Position numbers and translations under genes: made by a program
The notes under the pieces: generated by a model
What the model was told of the DNA's origin: nothing
The model's input: only the letters and a program-made list of their open reading frames with translations
Databases searched by the model: none
Assembly: GCA_951406725.2 (NCBI GenBank)
Contig: OX597839.1
Coordinates: 6,076,001 to 6,140,000, forward strand
DNA length: 64,000 nt
Direction: 5' to 3'
From: Octopus vulgaris
Lineage: Eukaryota
In this document: positions 37,518 to 50,700 of the stretch, one piece after another
How positions within the stretch are numbered: position 1 is the first letter of the stretch
Layout of the letters: every line of letters begins with the position of its first letter

Positions 37518-38585
37518 ATGAGCGAAGAACAAAACGGGACAAGGTGAAAGGAGGCGATGGGGTAAGAGGCGGTAAGTGAAAGAGATAGAACGGAAAGTAA
37601 GAATGAAGTAGGGGGGAGGGTTAAGAAAGGATGAAATGTAAGGGACAAACATAAAAAGCAGATAAGGGGGGGAGAGCATGTAAGAAAGACGAATGGAATA
37701 TGAGACGGAAGCGATGTAAAAATCAGGAGAGAAATGGAGAGAGTTGAAATGGAGAGTGGTGGTGGTGCAGGGGGGGGGGTAACGAAAAAAAGGAGGTTGA
37801 GGGGGGGGGCAGGAAGCTTCTTTGGTGGAAGAGCGGCGGTGGGGAACGAGAACGAAATCAAATTCGAATGAATGAAAAATTGAAGAGAAAAAAGTAAAGA
37901 AGAGAGGGGGGAAAAAGGAGGAATGAGGAAAAGAGGAGGAAAGGAAGAAAAAGAGGAAAGTAAAAGGAGAACGAAAAGAAGGAAGAAGAGAACGAAAAGA
38001 GGGAGGGGGAGAAGAATGAAAAGAAAGAGAATGAAAAAGGGAAGGAGGAGAGGGAGAAGAATGAAAAGAAAGAGAATGAAAAAGGGAAAGAGGAGGAGGA
38101 GAATGAAAAGAAAGAGAATGAAAAAGGGAAGGAGGAGAATGAAAAGGAAAACAAGAAGAAGGAGCAAGGTACATGAGAAAAAAAGATGAGGATGGCGCCT
38201 GAAGGGGATGTCGTTAAGAGGAAGGACGAAGAAGAGTTTGAGTGGTGGGCGCAAGAAGGAGAAAAAAAGGATCCCACACCGCTTCCTCCCTGTCCCTTCC
38301 GAAAACATAAACACAAACACGTCACCACCAACCCCCTTCTTTACACCCCACCCCGCCCAACCATCAGCCCCATCCCGTCAGAAGCAAAGAGACACGGGCA
38401 TTTCTTCTCGTGCCATACTTTCGGTAAGGAAAGAATTAATCGTATACTCAGACAGTCAAACCATAATTGATTAAATTTGATACCAAACAAATACCTTAAA
38501 TGGCACTCATGGGGGGGGGGGGAGAGATGGGAGTGGGGTTAATATGAGTGAGAAATGAGAAGTGAGAAGGGAAGATGAGTGAAAT

Positions 38586-38633
<48 letters not shown>

Positions 38634-38701
38634 GGTGAGATGGGTGAGAAGAAATATACGAGTGAGATGCTAGAGAGTTGAGTGAAGAAGAAACAGACAT
38701 A

Positions 38702-38853
38702 GGCGTAGGAGTGGCTGTGTGGTAAGTAGCTTGCTCACCAACCACATGGTTCCGGGTTCAGTCCCACTACGTGGTACCTTGGGCAAGTGTCTTCCAAAGC
38801 CTTGTAAGTGGATTTGGTAGACGGAAACTGAAAGAAGCCCGTCGTATATATGC

Positions 38854-38887
<34 letters not shown>

Positions 38888-39097
38888 ATGTGTTTGTGTG
38901 TCTGTGTTTGTCCCCCCAACATCGCATGACAACCGATGCTGGTGTGTTTATGTCTCCGTAACTTAGCGGTTCGGCAAAAGAGACCGACAGAATAAGTACT
39001 AGGCTTACAAAGAATAAGTCCTGGGGGTCGATCTGCTCGACTAAAAAAGGCGGTGCCCCAGCATGGCCACAGTCAAATGACTGAAACAAGTAAAAGA

Positions 39098-39105
<8 letters not shown>
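38702..39105 (+). mobile_element. SINE-A, near full length
   Basis: Colinear with 534-952. Confidence 0.85.
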
Positions 39106-39144
<39 letters not shown>

Positions 39145-39885
39145 GGAGGCGACATGGGTGAGAAGAGATGTCTGAGTGAGAAATCAGAGAGATGAGTGAG
39201 AAGCTGGAGAGATGAGTGGAGAAGAGAACTGAAGTCAACAAAGGTAAAAGAGTTTGAGTGGAGCTTGGTAGAGTGAGAGGTGGGGGGAGAAGTATCGAAG
39301 AAAAAGGGAGAGTGACAGTGAGAAGGGATGTGTGAGAATCTAGAGAGATGAGTGAAGAGGGACAGATAGAGGAAGCTGGCCACAGGAACAGTGTGTGATA
39401 GAATGAGAGGGAGAGAGAGAAAAAGGAGAGAACGAGAAGTATTGGACAGAGAGAGAGAGAGAGAGAGAGAGTAACGAATGACGGATAGAGAGAGAGAGAG
39501 AGAGAGAGAGTAACGAATGACGGATAGAGAGAGAGAGTGGTGGTTGATGGAAAGAGATAGCGGCAGATGACAGAGAGAAAGAGAGAGAGAAAGTGAGTGA
39601 GAAGCCAGACGTGAGTGACAGCATTGGGTGGAGAGAGAGAGAGAGAGAGAGAGATAGGTCAAAAAGAGATGGGGTAGAGGTAGTATAGAGAGGGAGAGAG
39701 AGAGAGAGTGTGTGTGTGTGTGTGTGTGTGTGGTGTAAGAGAGATGTAAAAAAGAGAGAAGAGCGAGAGAAGTGATTGATGGAATAGAAGACTAGATTGA
39801 TTGATGAACGAAATAGGAGAGAATGACGAAAGAGAAAATGAATGATTGATGAAGGAGGAAAAAAGTGAACTGTCAACGAAACAGA

Positions 39886-39924
<39 letters not shown>

Positions 39925-40049
39925 GGAAGCTTTGGAAGAAAGAAAATAGAAGTGGAGAGAGTGAAAAAGAAAGATAATTGACTGATAGAAAGAATGATGG
40001 GAAAAAAAAAGAATAAGATCCGACAGAGGAATTGAAAAGTGCGTATGTG

Positions 40050-40079
<30 letters not shown>

Positions 40080-40085
<6 letters not shown>

Positions 40086-40402
40086 TGGGTGTGTGTGTAT
40101 GTGTGAGCCAGTGTGAGAGAGAGAGAGTGTGTGTGTGTGTGTATGTGTGAGGCAGTGTGCGTGAGAGGGAGAGAGAGTGTGTGTGTGAGGCAGTGTGCGT
40201 GAGAGAGAGAGAGAGTGTGTGTGTATGTGTGAGGCAGTGTGCGTGAGAGAGAGAAAGAGTGTGTGTGTGTGTATGTGTGAGGCAGTGTGCGTGAGAGAGA
40301 GAGAGAGAGAGAGAGTGTGTGTGTGTATGTGTGAGGCAGTGTGCGTGAGAGAGAGAAAGAGTGTGTGTGTGTATGTGTGAGGCAGTGTGCGTGAGAGAGA
40401 GA
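40080..40402. repeat. Compound minisatellite (GTATGTGTGAGGCAGTGTGCGT(GA)n(GT)n), about 6 units
   Basis: Seen directly. Confidence 0.85.
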
Positions 40403-41099
40403 GGGAGCTCTCAGAATCGTGTATGACAGTGAAAAATAGGGAGAGAGAGGAGAGGAGAGGAGTGAGAGGGAAGAACAATAACAGCCTATAACAGTTTTCC
40501 AAGCCAAGTCTAAAAACATCTTTGCTTTGGTTATTGTTCTTTACTGCTGTCCAGGGGCTATAATTCTTCGCTCACAGCAACCGTCACACCACAACAAAGC
40601 AATATTCTCCAGCACCCATTTACACCACCACCGCCACCACCACCATCACCAACATCGCCTTCGATGCCACCACCGCCACCACAATCATCAATAACGCCTT
40701 CGATGCCATCACCACCGTACAACAACAACGACAACGACAACAATAAACGCCAACACTAACGTATAGATATCGGCCAGACCCTTACCCAAGACACTCCATT
40801 CCCAGTCCAGAAATCCAACCAATATTATTCTTCACCGAGATTTTTCTAAAGCCCTTCTCCAAGACTGACATTTTTGTCCATACCTCATTCTAGCATCGGC
40901 TTCCCGCCACAACCAACTCGCCGCCACAAACTCCCATACTGTAAGTAGTATGCAAACGCGCGTGTGTTTGTATGTGTGTGTGTATGTGTGTGCAGACATA
41001 TACATATATACAGACAGGCGTACACATACACACATGTACAGGAATACGCGAAATACCTTTGTGTCGGTGGCGATGGAAATATAATGGCACATGGTCAGG

Positions 41100-41133
<34 letters not shown>

Positions 41134-41200
41134 GAAGGAACATCAGTTGGACAGATGAGGTTTATTGGCCAGACCTGGACTAAGATCGCGAGGAACGAAT

Positions 41201-41237
<37 letters not shown>

Positions 41238-41415
41238 CATACAAACATACATACATACATATACACAGACATACATATATGTATATATATACAAACATAC
41301 ATATATACATACATATATAAGCGTACATATATACATAAATACAGATACATACCTATATAATATACACGTATACATACATTTATATATCTATACATATATA
41401 TATACATACACATAC

Positions 41416-41447
<32 letters not shown>

Positions 41448-41510
41448 ATGTATGCGCATATATATGTATACGTGTGTGTATAAATATATCTAAATGCATG
41501 TGTGTGTTTG

Positions 41511-41583
<73 letters not shown>

Positions 41584-42652
41584 GGTAAGCAGGCAAAGAA
41601 TATGGACATAGCTGAAGAAGTGAAGTGAAAAGAAGAAAATAAGGATAAGAAATGACAAGAGGTAAAATGATAATGAAGGACTTTCTAAAAGGGAGAGAGG
41701 GGGAGAGAGAGAGAGAGAGAGAGAGAGAAGAGTGATGAGAGTGCGATGGAGCGAGGTATATGATGGTGGTATGGGTGGTGGTGCTGGCGATTGGTTGACT
41801 GGTTTGGTTTGAAGGGAAAAAAAAGATGAAAAAAATAAACAACAAAAAAATTCCAAACACAAACGACAGCAAAAATAAACCCCGGGAGAAGATAAAATAA
41901 GGCAAAGAAGTTAATTTTTGTAATTTATGTAGGTGATAACTTATCAAATAGACTGTACGGCTCTATAATTGCAGTGCTAAATACTTTTAAACTGTCTCTC
42001 GCCAACAACCGAAGAAGCACTAACGCATGCAAACATGGACAACACATATATCTTTTTAACTGTCATATTGCCATAAATATAGCGAAATCACCAGCCGGCT
42101 ACTGATCCAATTTCTTCCTGCGTATTACTCATACTAAGATAGACTCCAAGATCTCTTACGCATACTGTGAGCATGTATGTGTGCAATATTTGAGGCATAT
42201 ATCTTAGGTACTGTACAGTACAGTACTTAATTATATCAAAGGGAAATGGAATTTAATTAAAATTTACATTTCCAGTGGTCTATCTGCGACTGCGCAGTAA
42301 AATTTGAAAAAGTTAGTTCGTATAAACACGAGACAAGTAGCTTTGTTTATCTCGTGTGTATATGTTTAACACTAGGGCACCTGCTGAGGAAGATCAGACC
42401 TTGTGAGTTCTCCTTGACTCGCTAAAAGAAGATTAGAAACCAATTGGTCCAGGAAACTAGATGGTAAATGTTTTTCATTTCCAAATTTATTCCTGTCGAA
42501 TTTTATCCCCAATTTTTGTGGTTATAGAACCTAGCTGTTCTTTCTAGCGTGTACAATCCTTATAAAGTGGATACCTTATGTGTTTATGTACTGTACATGT
42601 AGGGCGGAGCAAAAGCCCCTTGCCATTTTAAAACTTATATTAAAAAGAAAGT

Positions 42653-42717
42653 GGAGGCGCAATGGCCCAGTGGTTAGGGCAGCGGACTCGCGGTTTCGAT
42701 TCCCAGACCGGGCGTTA
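42653..42717 (+). mobile_element. Truncated tRNA-derived SINE head
   Basis: A-box TGGCCCAGTGG and B-box GGTTTCGATTCC with the anticodon arm deleted. Confidence 0.6.
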
Positions 42718-43110
42718 AAGAAAAAGAAAAAAAAGACTTAAAAAATAAGATCAAAGAAATTTTCCTCTCAAATATATAAATCTGAAATCCTTGCTTTAAT
42801 TTTCAAGCTAAGAATAAGGCAATTTAGGTCGAAATATCGGCGAGATAAACGATTTAGTAGCTTAATTTAGGGAAACAAATTGTAACATGTTCATACTTTG
42901 TTTTACTCTGTGTGTGTGTGTGTGCGTGTGTGTGTATGTGTGTGTGTGCTCTCCTTCAACGAGCACATAGAAGTGAGAGACCTCGGATTGACTTATCAGC
43001 CCCCTATACATAAACGGACTTTTTTTTCGTTTGTTTGTGTATGATCAAATGTGTATGCATACACTCCATATATTCCTACAGATGTCTATGGAAGGAAACA
43101 TACGCGCATT

Positions 43111-43164
<54 letters not shown>

Positions 43165-43331
43165 TAAACATACGTATATAAACATGCTTGAACTTCAAAC
43201 ACTATTTACTCCATTCCTATCCGGCCCCTTATTCAATCCCTTAACAACACATTGTCCCCAGCTGGCATCTAATAAACATACGGACCCAGAGGGATAAATT
43301 TGTCATCGAGAGATTTTCGCTTTTGTATTTT

Positions 43332-43626
43332 ATCTACTAGAAGGTTCTTGTTTTTCTACAAACATTACTACAATCAACATCATAATCATCAACATCAGCA
43401 TTGACAATCAATCAAAATGTAGGACTTCCAAATGTTCGGTCGAAAGCCTAGAAAGAAGAGCTAAACATCCCTTAAACCATCTACTATAAGGTTCTTGTCT
43501 TTCTACAAACATCACTACAATCAACATCATAATCATCAACATCAGCATTGACAATCAATCAAAATGTAGGACTTCCAAATGGTCGGTCGAAAGCCTAGAA
43601 AGAAGAGCTAAACATCCCTTAAACCA
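43332..43626. repeat. Tandem duplication, 2 x 147 bp
   Basis: ATCTACTA(G/T)AAGGTTCTTG at 43332 and 43479. Confidence 0.9.
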
Positions 43627-43897
43627 CTTACTATCTTAAATAAAGTTAGAACATGTAAGCTATCCTTTTGCTCCTGGTGGACGACAAAAAAATAGTTATG
43701 TGCATCTTACGCGATGCATTGATGCCGGGATAGACAAACAGCAAACTCAGTGAATGTTACACTTTCAAATACCTTGACTACGGAAGGAAATCAAAGACAT
43801 AATTGAAATCTTTAACCTTTTGGTCATTTACGTAATTTTATCTTAAATGTCCATGCTTGTCTTCAGACTTTTAGCTAGCCCTTATTTCATACGTTAA

Positions 43898-44009
43898 GGG
43901 GCATGGCTCAATGGTTAGAGCGTCAGGCGGACCGGGTTGTGTATTGTGTTCTTGAGCAAGACACTTTATTTCACGTTGCTCCAGTTCACTCAGCTGTAGA
44001 AATGAGTTG
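43898..44009 (+). mobile_element. Third tRNA-derived SINE, internally deleted and cut off by the MITE
   Basis: A-box TGGCTCAATGG followed by CTTGAGCAAGACACTTT..CACTCAGCTGTAGAAATGAGT. Confidence 0.6.
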
Positions 44010-44130
44010 GGATCTTTTCGGTTTGAACGGCAGTTTTTTCTAGCGGTGTCATATGAAATTGTCACCCATAATTATGACCCTAGTATCGATCCATTGCTAG
44101 AAAAAACTGTTGTTCAAACCGAAAAGATCC
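44010..44130. mobile_element. 121-bp deletion/inversion derivative of the MITE
   Basis: Both TIRs present; both subtermini derive from the same end (TTTTTCTAG / CTAGAAAAA). Confidence 0.85.
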
Positions 44131-44155
44131 TTTTATAATTATATATATAATTATA

Positions 44156-44321
44156 ACAAGGGCTTTGGCTTGCGCTTCACCATGCACTGAAAAATAGACG
44201 TCAAAAGACACTATTGCCACCGTAAATTCTCCGAGAAAAACACAGTGAGAATTTATGGTGGCAATAGTGTATTTTGACGTCTATTTTTCAGTGCGTGGTG
44301 AGGTGCAAGCCAAGCCCTTGT
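44156..44321. repeat. Fold-back inverted repeat, ~75-bp arms with a 15-nt loop (probable palindromic non-autonomous element)
   Basis: 44156-44231 is the reverse complement of 44247-44321 with 5 substitutions and 1 indel; TAATTA lies outside both arms. Confidence 0.9.
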
Positions 44322-44921
44322 AATTAGTTCTTCCTATATAGCTAGCTCACTAGAAACCCTCCTTGTAAAATAATAAAGCAGTACATTCATCGTCAACACC
44401 AATCCTAACTCAACATTCTCTCCTTCCGCCAACCTTTGTTCATACAACTTCTATGACCAACGTCTTTATTTTAATAATCAGCCTCTTGTAGGCCAGCTCA
44501 CTCAAAACCAAAACACGATCATCATCAGCACCATGTCACACTCGGCGTTTTCTTCTCCATCACTCATCGTTTACACAGTCAATCTTCACTCACTCACTCA
44601 TTCACTCACTCACTCAGTCGATCATTCACTCAGTCGATCAGTCACCGCTGCAGCCACTACAGCAAGACCAACATTGCCACCCTCCATCCACCTACAAATG
44701 CGCCGTTGCCACACCACCCACGACCACCACCATAGATAATTAGCAGCATTATCATTAAAACAACTGCCAGAATCAGTTCGACCACAGCCCAAACAACATT
44801 CTAATGACGCCATTCAGATTGGGGACACGAAGAATACGGAGAATGCCGAGAGAGAGGGAGAGCAGCAGAAGAGAGAGAGAAAGCGCAAGACGAACTTTTA
44901 CACCGGAGACAGAGAAGAAAG

Positions 44922-44953
<32 letters not shown>

Positions 44954-45415
44954 CTAATGAACGAATAAATAAATAAATAAATACAGTATTACCATTTGTC
45001 AAAGTTTATCGCTAACATTGCACTAATAAAAACGGTTTTTATTTCCGCTTCTGCAATGATTCTGAAGAGAGAAGGAGAGAAGAGAGAAGGGAAAAGACAG
45101 TAAGAGAAATGGCACGGAAAAGGGGGGGGGGAGGAAGTGTAGTAGGGTCTGTCTGCATATGTATGTGTTTGTGTGTGTGGGGGGGAGGAGAGGGAGAGCG
45201 GGATGTGGGAGGGAGAGTGGGGGAGGGAGAGTGGGGGGGATATGCGATGGTACCTACCCAGAATGGCACTAAATCACGTCAAATTAGGGTCAACCATGGA
45301 AAGAATGTGTACACACACACACACACACATGCATACACACTACTACCACGACCATCACCACCAAATTACATTGATTTGTTGCATAGAAATAGAAATCGGG
45401 CCTCAAAACTTTACC

Positions 45416-45465
<50 letters not shown>

Positions 45466-45472
45466 CACAGAC

Positions 45473-45531
<59 letters not shown>

Positions 45532-45788
45532 CACAGACAGACACACAGACAGACAGACAGACAAACAGGCAGACAGACAGACAGACAGAGACGGAGAAGG
45601 GTAGAGATATTCGTGAGGAGAATTAAGTATGTACGGAAATTGAAACGTCTTGGGGGGGTAAATAAATATCGGGAATGTGATGAAAGTCACTTAACAGTCA
45701 GAGAACGACGAGAAAAAAAAATAAATGTTTCAAGTAGGCATGACTACTGCGGGCGGCACCTTGGGCAAGTGTCATCTCATATATATAT

Positions 45789-46020
45789 AGGCGGAGAGCT
45801 GGTAGAAACGTTAGCGCGCCGGGCGAAATGCGTAGCCGTATTTCATCTGTCGTTACGTTCCGAGTTCAAAGTCCGCCGAGGTCGACTTTGCCTTTCATCC
45901 TTTCGGGGTCGATAAATTAAGTACCAGTTACGCACTGGGGTCGATGTAATCGACTTAATCCGTTTGTCTGTCCTTGTTTGTCCCCTCTGTGTTTAGCTCC
46001 TTGTGGGTAGTAAAGAAATA
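45789..46020 (+). mobile_element. SINE-B, full length, in (TA)n
   Basis: Colinear with other copies. Confidence 0.88.
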
Positions 46021-46261
46021 TATATATATATATATATATCCAAAGGAGGGCAAAAATATCAGTTCACTGACTAATGTAATTGAAGTTAATTTCGGAGAGA
46101 AAGGGGAAATAACTCTAAACACGATCCGGCATTATCAGACCTTGTCTGTGCTGTTGCCGTCGTCACTGAAGTAGTAATAGCATTAGCAGTAATAGTAAAA
46201 AGAGGAAGAGGAGGCGGTGAATAAGGAGGTGGAGTAGTAGCAGTTACAGTTACAGTAATTG

Positions 46262-47018
46262 TGGTACTAGAAGCAGTAGTGGTGCTGGAGGTGGTAGTAG
46301 TGGTAGTACTAGTAGTAGTGGTGCTGGGGTGGTAGTAGTAGTGGTGCTGGGGTGGTAGTAGTAGTGGTGCTGGGGTAGTAGTAATAGTAGTAGTAGTACC
46401 AGTAGTGGTGCTGGGGGTGGTAGTAGTAGTAGTGGTAGTAGTAGCAGTAGTGGTGCTGAGGGTGTAGTAGTAGTAGTAGTAGTGGTAGTAGCAGTAGTGG
46501 TGCTGGGGGTGGTAGTAGTAGTAGTGGTAGTAGTAGCAGTAGTGGTGCTAGGGATGGTAGTAGTAGTAGTAGTAGTGGTAGTAGCAGTAGTGGTGCTGGG
46601 GGTGGTAGTAGTAGTAGTGGTAGTAGTAGCAGTAGTGGTGCTAGGGATGGTAGTAGTAGTAGTAGTAGTGGTAGTAGCAGTAGTGGTGCTGGGGTGGTAG
46701 TAGTAGTAGTGGTAGTAGTAGCAGTAGTGGTGCTGAGGGTGGTAGTAGTAGCAGTAGTGGTGCTGGGGATGGTAGTAGTAGTAGTAGTTGTAGTAGCAGT
46801 AGTGGTGCTGGGGGTGGTAGTAGTAGTAGTGGTAGTAGTAGCAGTAGTGGTGCTGAGGGTGGTAGTAGTAGCAGTAGTGGTGCTGAGGGATGGTAGTAGT
46901 AGTAGTAGTAGTAGTGGTAGTAGCAGTAGTGGTGCTGGGGGTGGTAGTAGTAGTAGTGGTAGTAGTAGCAGTAGTGGTGCTGAGGGTGGTAGTAGTAGCA
47001 GTAGTGGTGCTGGGGATG

Positions 47019-47055
<37 letters not shown>

Positions 47056-47148
47056 TAGCAGTAGTGGTGCTGGGGTGGTAGTAGTAGTAGTGGTAGTAGT
47101 AGCAGTAGTGGTGCTGGGGATGGTAGTAGTAGTAGTAGTAGTAGTAGT
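46262..47148. repeat. (GTA)n-based minisatellite with recurring GCAGTAGTGGTGCTGGGG
   Basis: Seen directly. Confidence 0.92.
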
Positions 47149-47495
47149 TGCGGTGACAGCAGCATTTGTACAAGTAGTAGTAGTCGTACCAATCAGAGGA
47201 TGCTAAGAGTTAAGAATTACCAACGAAAAGTACGATTACACTTTGTGTAGATATTAAGGAACAAAGATTGTAATTTGTGATTTTCAGGTAGAATTAGCTA
47301 GAGAGGTGGGTGGTGGTGGTGGTGGTGGTGGTGGTGGTGGGGTAATGGTGAACGCCTAACTGATCGAGAATTGTCCGGGTGATTGAGCATTCGCTCGCGG
47401 ATAGTACTGCTGTGTGTACGGAGCAAGTGCGTAGGGGTCAATGTGAGCAAAAACCAACGTATCTTAGGACTAATGGGAAGCAGATTAAAGGAGGT

Positions 47496-47528
<33 letters not shown>

Positions 47529-48034
47529 GTGACAGGTGCCAAGCTTATCAGATGACTTCCACGCCATCAGGTTCCGTATGTCTTTGAAGTTCCCGAACTT
47601 TTATGCGGTCGACTTCCTTTTGTCTTTCTTTTCTCCATACCCCGACTTCACCCCACAAAAATCGATAAAAATTATTCAAGTAGCCATGATGACTGCATTA
47701 ACCTGAGAGATGTGGTGATCGACAGACAGACGGCTGGTCACAGGCATAAACACACACAAACATATTAATAAAGATGTAGCGCTTAACATGCTATCTTAAA
47801 GGTAGCACATTGTCGGTGACAGGGTGTTTCTTTTATTTATAGAGAGATCATTTATTCTATGTTTTTTTTTTTCATACAAAGAAACTACAGGGTCATTTGA
47901 AAAAGGGGCTGAAAATCATTAACTAGTGGATGTTACGGTTTACAAAACACTCAGAACAAAAAATATACAAACTCCTGAAACAAAAAACATTTATGCAAAA
48001 AGAAACAAATGCCCCAAAACATGCACGTAATACA

Positions 48035-48079
<45 letters not shown>

Positions 48080-48189
48080 TAAAAACAAGAGATGTGACGT
48101 TCAACATGGCTACTAGAAATTGATAAGTATCAATATACGAAACTCCCGGCCCTTGAGCTACTCTGTAACTTCTACCGATATTAATATTA

Positions 48190-48358
48190 TATATACTTTT
48201 ATACTGAATATGATCACAATCGTCGAACGAGCGGCATCGTGAAACAGAGTAACAATCTGTGAAGACTTTCTCGGCTTTAATAAAAGCATATTACTCTGCC
48301 TTCGGTATTCGAGTACTTTTTTTCCCCACCCCGTTTTTGCATTTATGTGCTTACTCGT
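48190..48358 (+). mobile_element. Probable Penelope-like terminal remnant with a decayed hammerhead-like motif
   Basis: cacaatcgt-CGAACGA-gcggcatcgt-GAAA-cagag-TA-acaatctgtg followed by AATAAA. Confidence 0.4.
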
Positions 48359-48367
48359 GAACGAGTA

Positions 48368-48636
48368 CGGGGGTCACTCCGAAAAGCTCTATCTACGACG
48401 ATTTCATCTCAATCGAAGGAGAGGGGGCTTTCTCCGTCTGGGTTGCGGATCCGTGGAATAAGCTGCCGTACGAGATAGTGAACATGCCGATGACCGCTCG
48501 GTTCAAAGTTTCTCTTGACCAGAAATGGCCTGAACTCTTTGTATGACCACCCTCCCTGTACATAATTCCCTGTCCCCCTACATGGCCTTGCTTTGGCTTT
48601 TTGAGCCAATAAAAGTTGAATTGAATTGAATTGAAT
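48368..48636 (+). mobile_element. CR1 LINE 3' fragment, second copy, (TTGAA)n tail
   Basis: Closely similar to 35205-35445. Confidence 0.85.
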
Positions 48637-48960
48637 ATGTATGTATGTATGTATGTATGCATGTATGTAATATATATATATATATACACACCCACTCGTG
48701 TTTTGAATTCTGTTTACCAAACTTAGCAAATCAAGAAAGCTACATAACTAACTCAAGGGCTGAAAGTTTCAGGTGATGCATATACGAAACTGTTGGAACA
48801 CGAAGACACATAATTGCAAATATTTTCATTTTTTTCTTGAATTTAGTTAAATATCTTTTCATCTTATATATAATTTTAGTCAAAACGAAAACAAAAAAAG
48901 ACAACACAAAGTAATAAATAATTCTCCTTTATACGTCATTTTAAAACTGATGTATGTATG

Positions 48961-49006
<46 letters not shown>

Positions 49007-49046
49007 CAAACATAATGCACATATAGATTCTTACAAATATATACAA

Positions 49047-49099
<53 letters not shown>

Positions 49100-49499
49100 A
49101 ATAAATATGTATGTAAGGATGTATGTGAGTAGAACACTTAAAATGGTTATTGTACAGAGTAAATATTTCATGGGAAAAGATTTTCATGTACCTAAACAAA
49201 CTGAAACCGTGACTCTGGCCTGGTTTGAACCTCTTAAAAACATACCGTCGCAATTTATACATCGTTCGTGGACTGTTATTCAGACAAAGGCGAATACAAT
49301 AGTTACACAACTAGGTGGCACTTAAATGGCACAAACTATTAGGATTTGAGGTCTGCTCGGATAGGTTTGAACCGCAATTACTGAGGTCTGAGAGTGAAAA
49401 GTAATCAAAAATAATTCCACTAATACACGCCTAGCTGTGTGGTAAGAAGTTTGCATACGGTTCCGGGTTCAGTCTCACTGCGGCACCTTGGGCGGGCAA

Positions 49500-49822
49500 G
49501 GGTCCCGGTGGAATTTGAACTCTGAACGTAAACTCAGCAGAAATACTAGCTAAGCTAGTAAGCGTCTTGCTCGGTGTGCTAACGATTTTGCCGACTGCTC
49601 CACCTTTGCTTTCAAATTTTGGCAGAAGGCCGGCGATTTTGGTGGGTGAGGCAAAGCCAATTACGTCGACCCCAGTTCTCAACTGGTACTTATTTTATCG
49701 ACCCTGAGAGAATGAAAGGCAAAGTCGACCACGGCGGAATGCGAACTTAAGAAAGTACAGAGAGCCAAATGCCGTTGAGTAATTTTGTCTGACGAGCTAA
49801 CGATTCTGCCAGCTCGCCGCCT

Positions 49823-49855
<33 letters not shown>

Positions 49856-50071
49856 GCAATCTTTTTCTACTATAGGCACGAGGCCTGAAATTTGGGGCTG
49901 GGATAGTCGATTGCATCGATCCCAGTGTTTCGCAGGTACTTAATTTATCGGCCCCGAAAGGATGAAAGGCAAATTCAGCCTCGGCGGAATTTGAACTCAG
50001 AACGTAGCGACGTGCGAAATGCCGCTAAGCATTTCGTCCAGCGTGCTAACAATTCTACCAGTTCTCCGCCT

Positions 50072-50072
<1 letters not shown>
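49500..50072 (-). mobile_element. Cluster of SINE-B copies with tails 2 and 3
   Basis: Heads at about 49600, 49823 and 50072; separated by (AAT)n. Confidence 0.75.
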
Positions 50073-50101
<29 letters not shown>

Positions 50102-50103
<2 letters not shown>

Positions 50104-50642
50104 CAGGCAGTGGCTCTCATGGCTTCTGATCTTAACTGATTGGAAGTGTTATCATGTACATTGTTTTGTCTTGGTATAAAAGATGAGCTACAGCAAATAT
50201 TCTGCTCAATACCACAGATTTGCTTGTCAGTTGTTTGACCTTAACCAGTTGAGCATGTCCCTTAGTAGCTGATGATATGTGCATCTCCGATCATGAGCAG
50301 AAGTAGCGGGGGAGCATCATAGCCATGTGTTGAGAGGGATTCTTTAGGGTTTGAATAATACACCCCTGGAAACATGGGTGCTTCGTTCAACATCCTTAAA
50401 CAACCCTTATTCAAGGACCTTTTGAGTGGGATGGGTTACTCGACCAGAAGAAAATTCTAACTGGGCCCCACCTGCAAGGTCATGCGCTGTTTATCTTGAT
50501 TTGAGATCACCATGTTGTGCACATATGGTTGTGATGCATGTGCCTGGTGTACCCTTATCAGACAGGTAGTCATGATGGGTATACTGAGCTTTGTATATTT
50601 TACCCCAGTGTCACTTTGATGGCATGCCCTGCTCTCTCACTC
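50102..50642 (+). mobile_element. ~540-bp (AAT)n-embedded retroelement copy, ~245 bp from the Eph donor site
   Basis: Similar to 17534-18081; (AAT)n on both sides. Confidence 0.8.
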
Positions 50643-50652
50643 AATAATAATA

Positions 50653-50700
<48 letters not shown>

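Noticed and set aside
37149-38331. 300+ aa hydrophobic ORFs
   Set aside because: (AAT)n and purine-rich low-complexity sequence.
42653-42717. tRNA gene
   Set aside because: Anticodon arm missing and no acceptor stem; it is a SINE head.
46250-47206. Long Thr-rich (mucin-like) and Val-rich ORFs
   Set aside because: Translation of a (GTA)n minisatellite, open in several frames on both strands, with no splice context.
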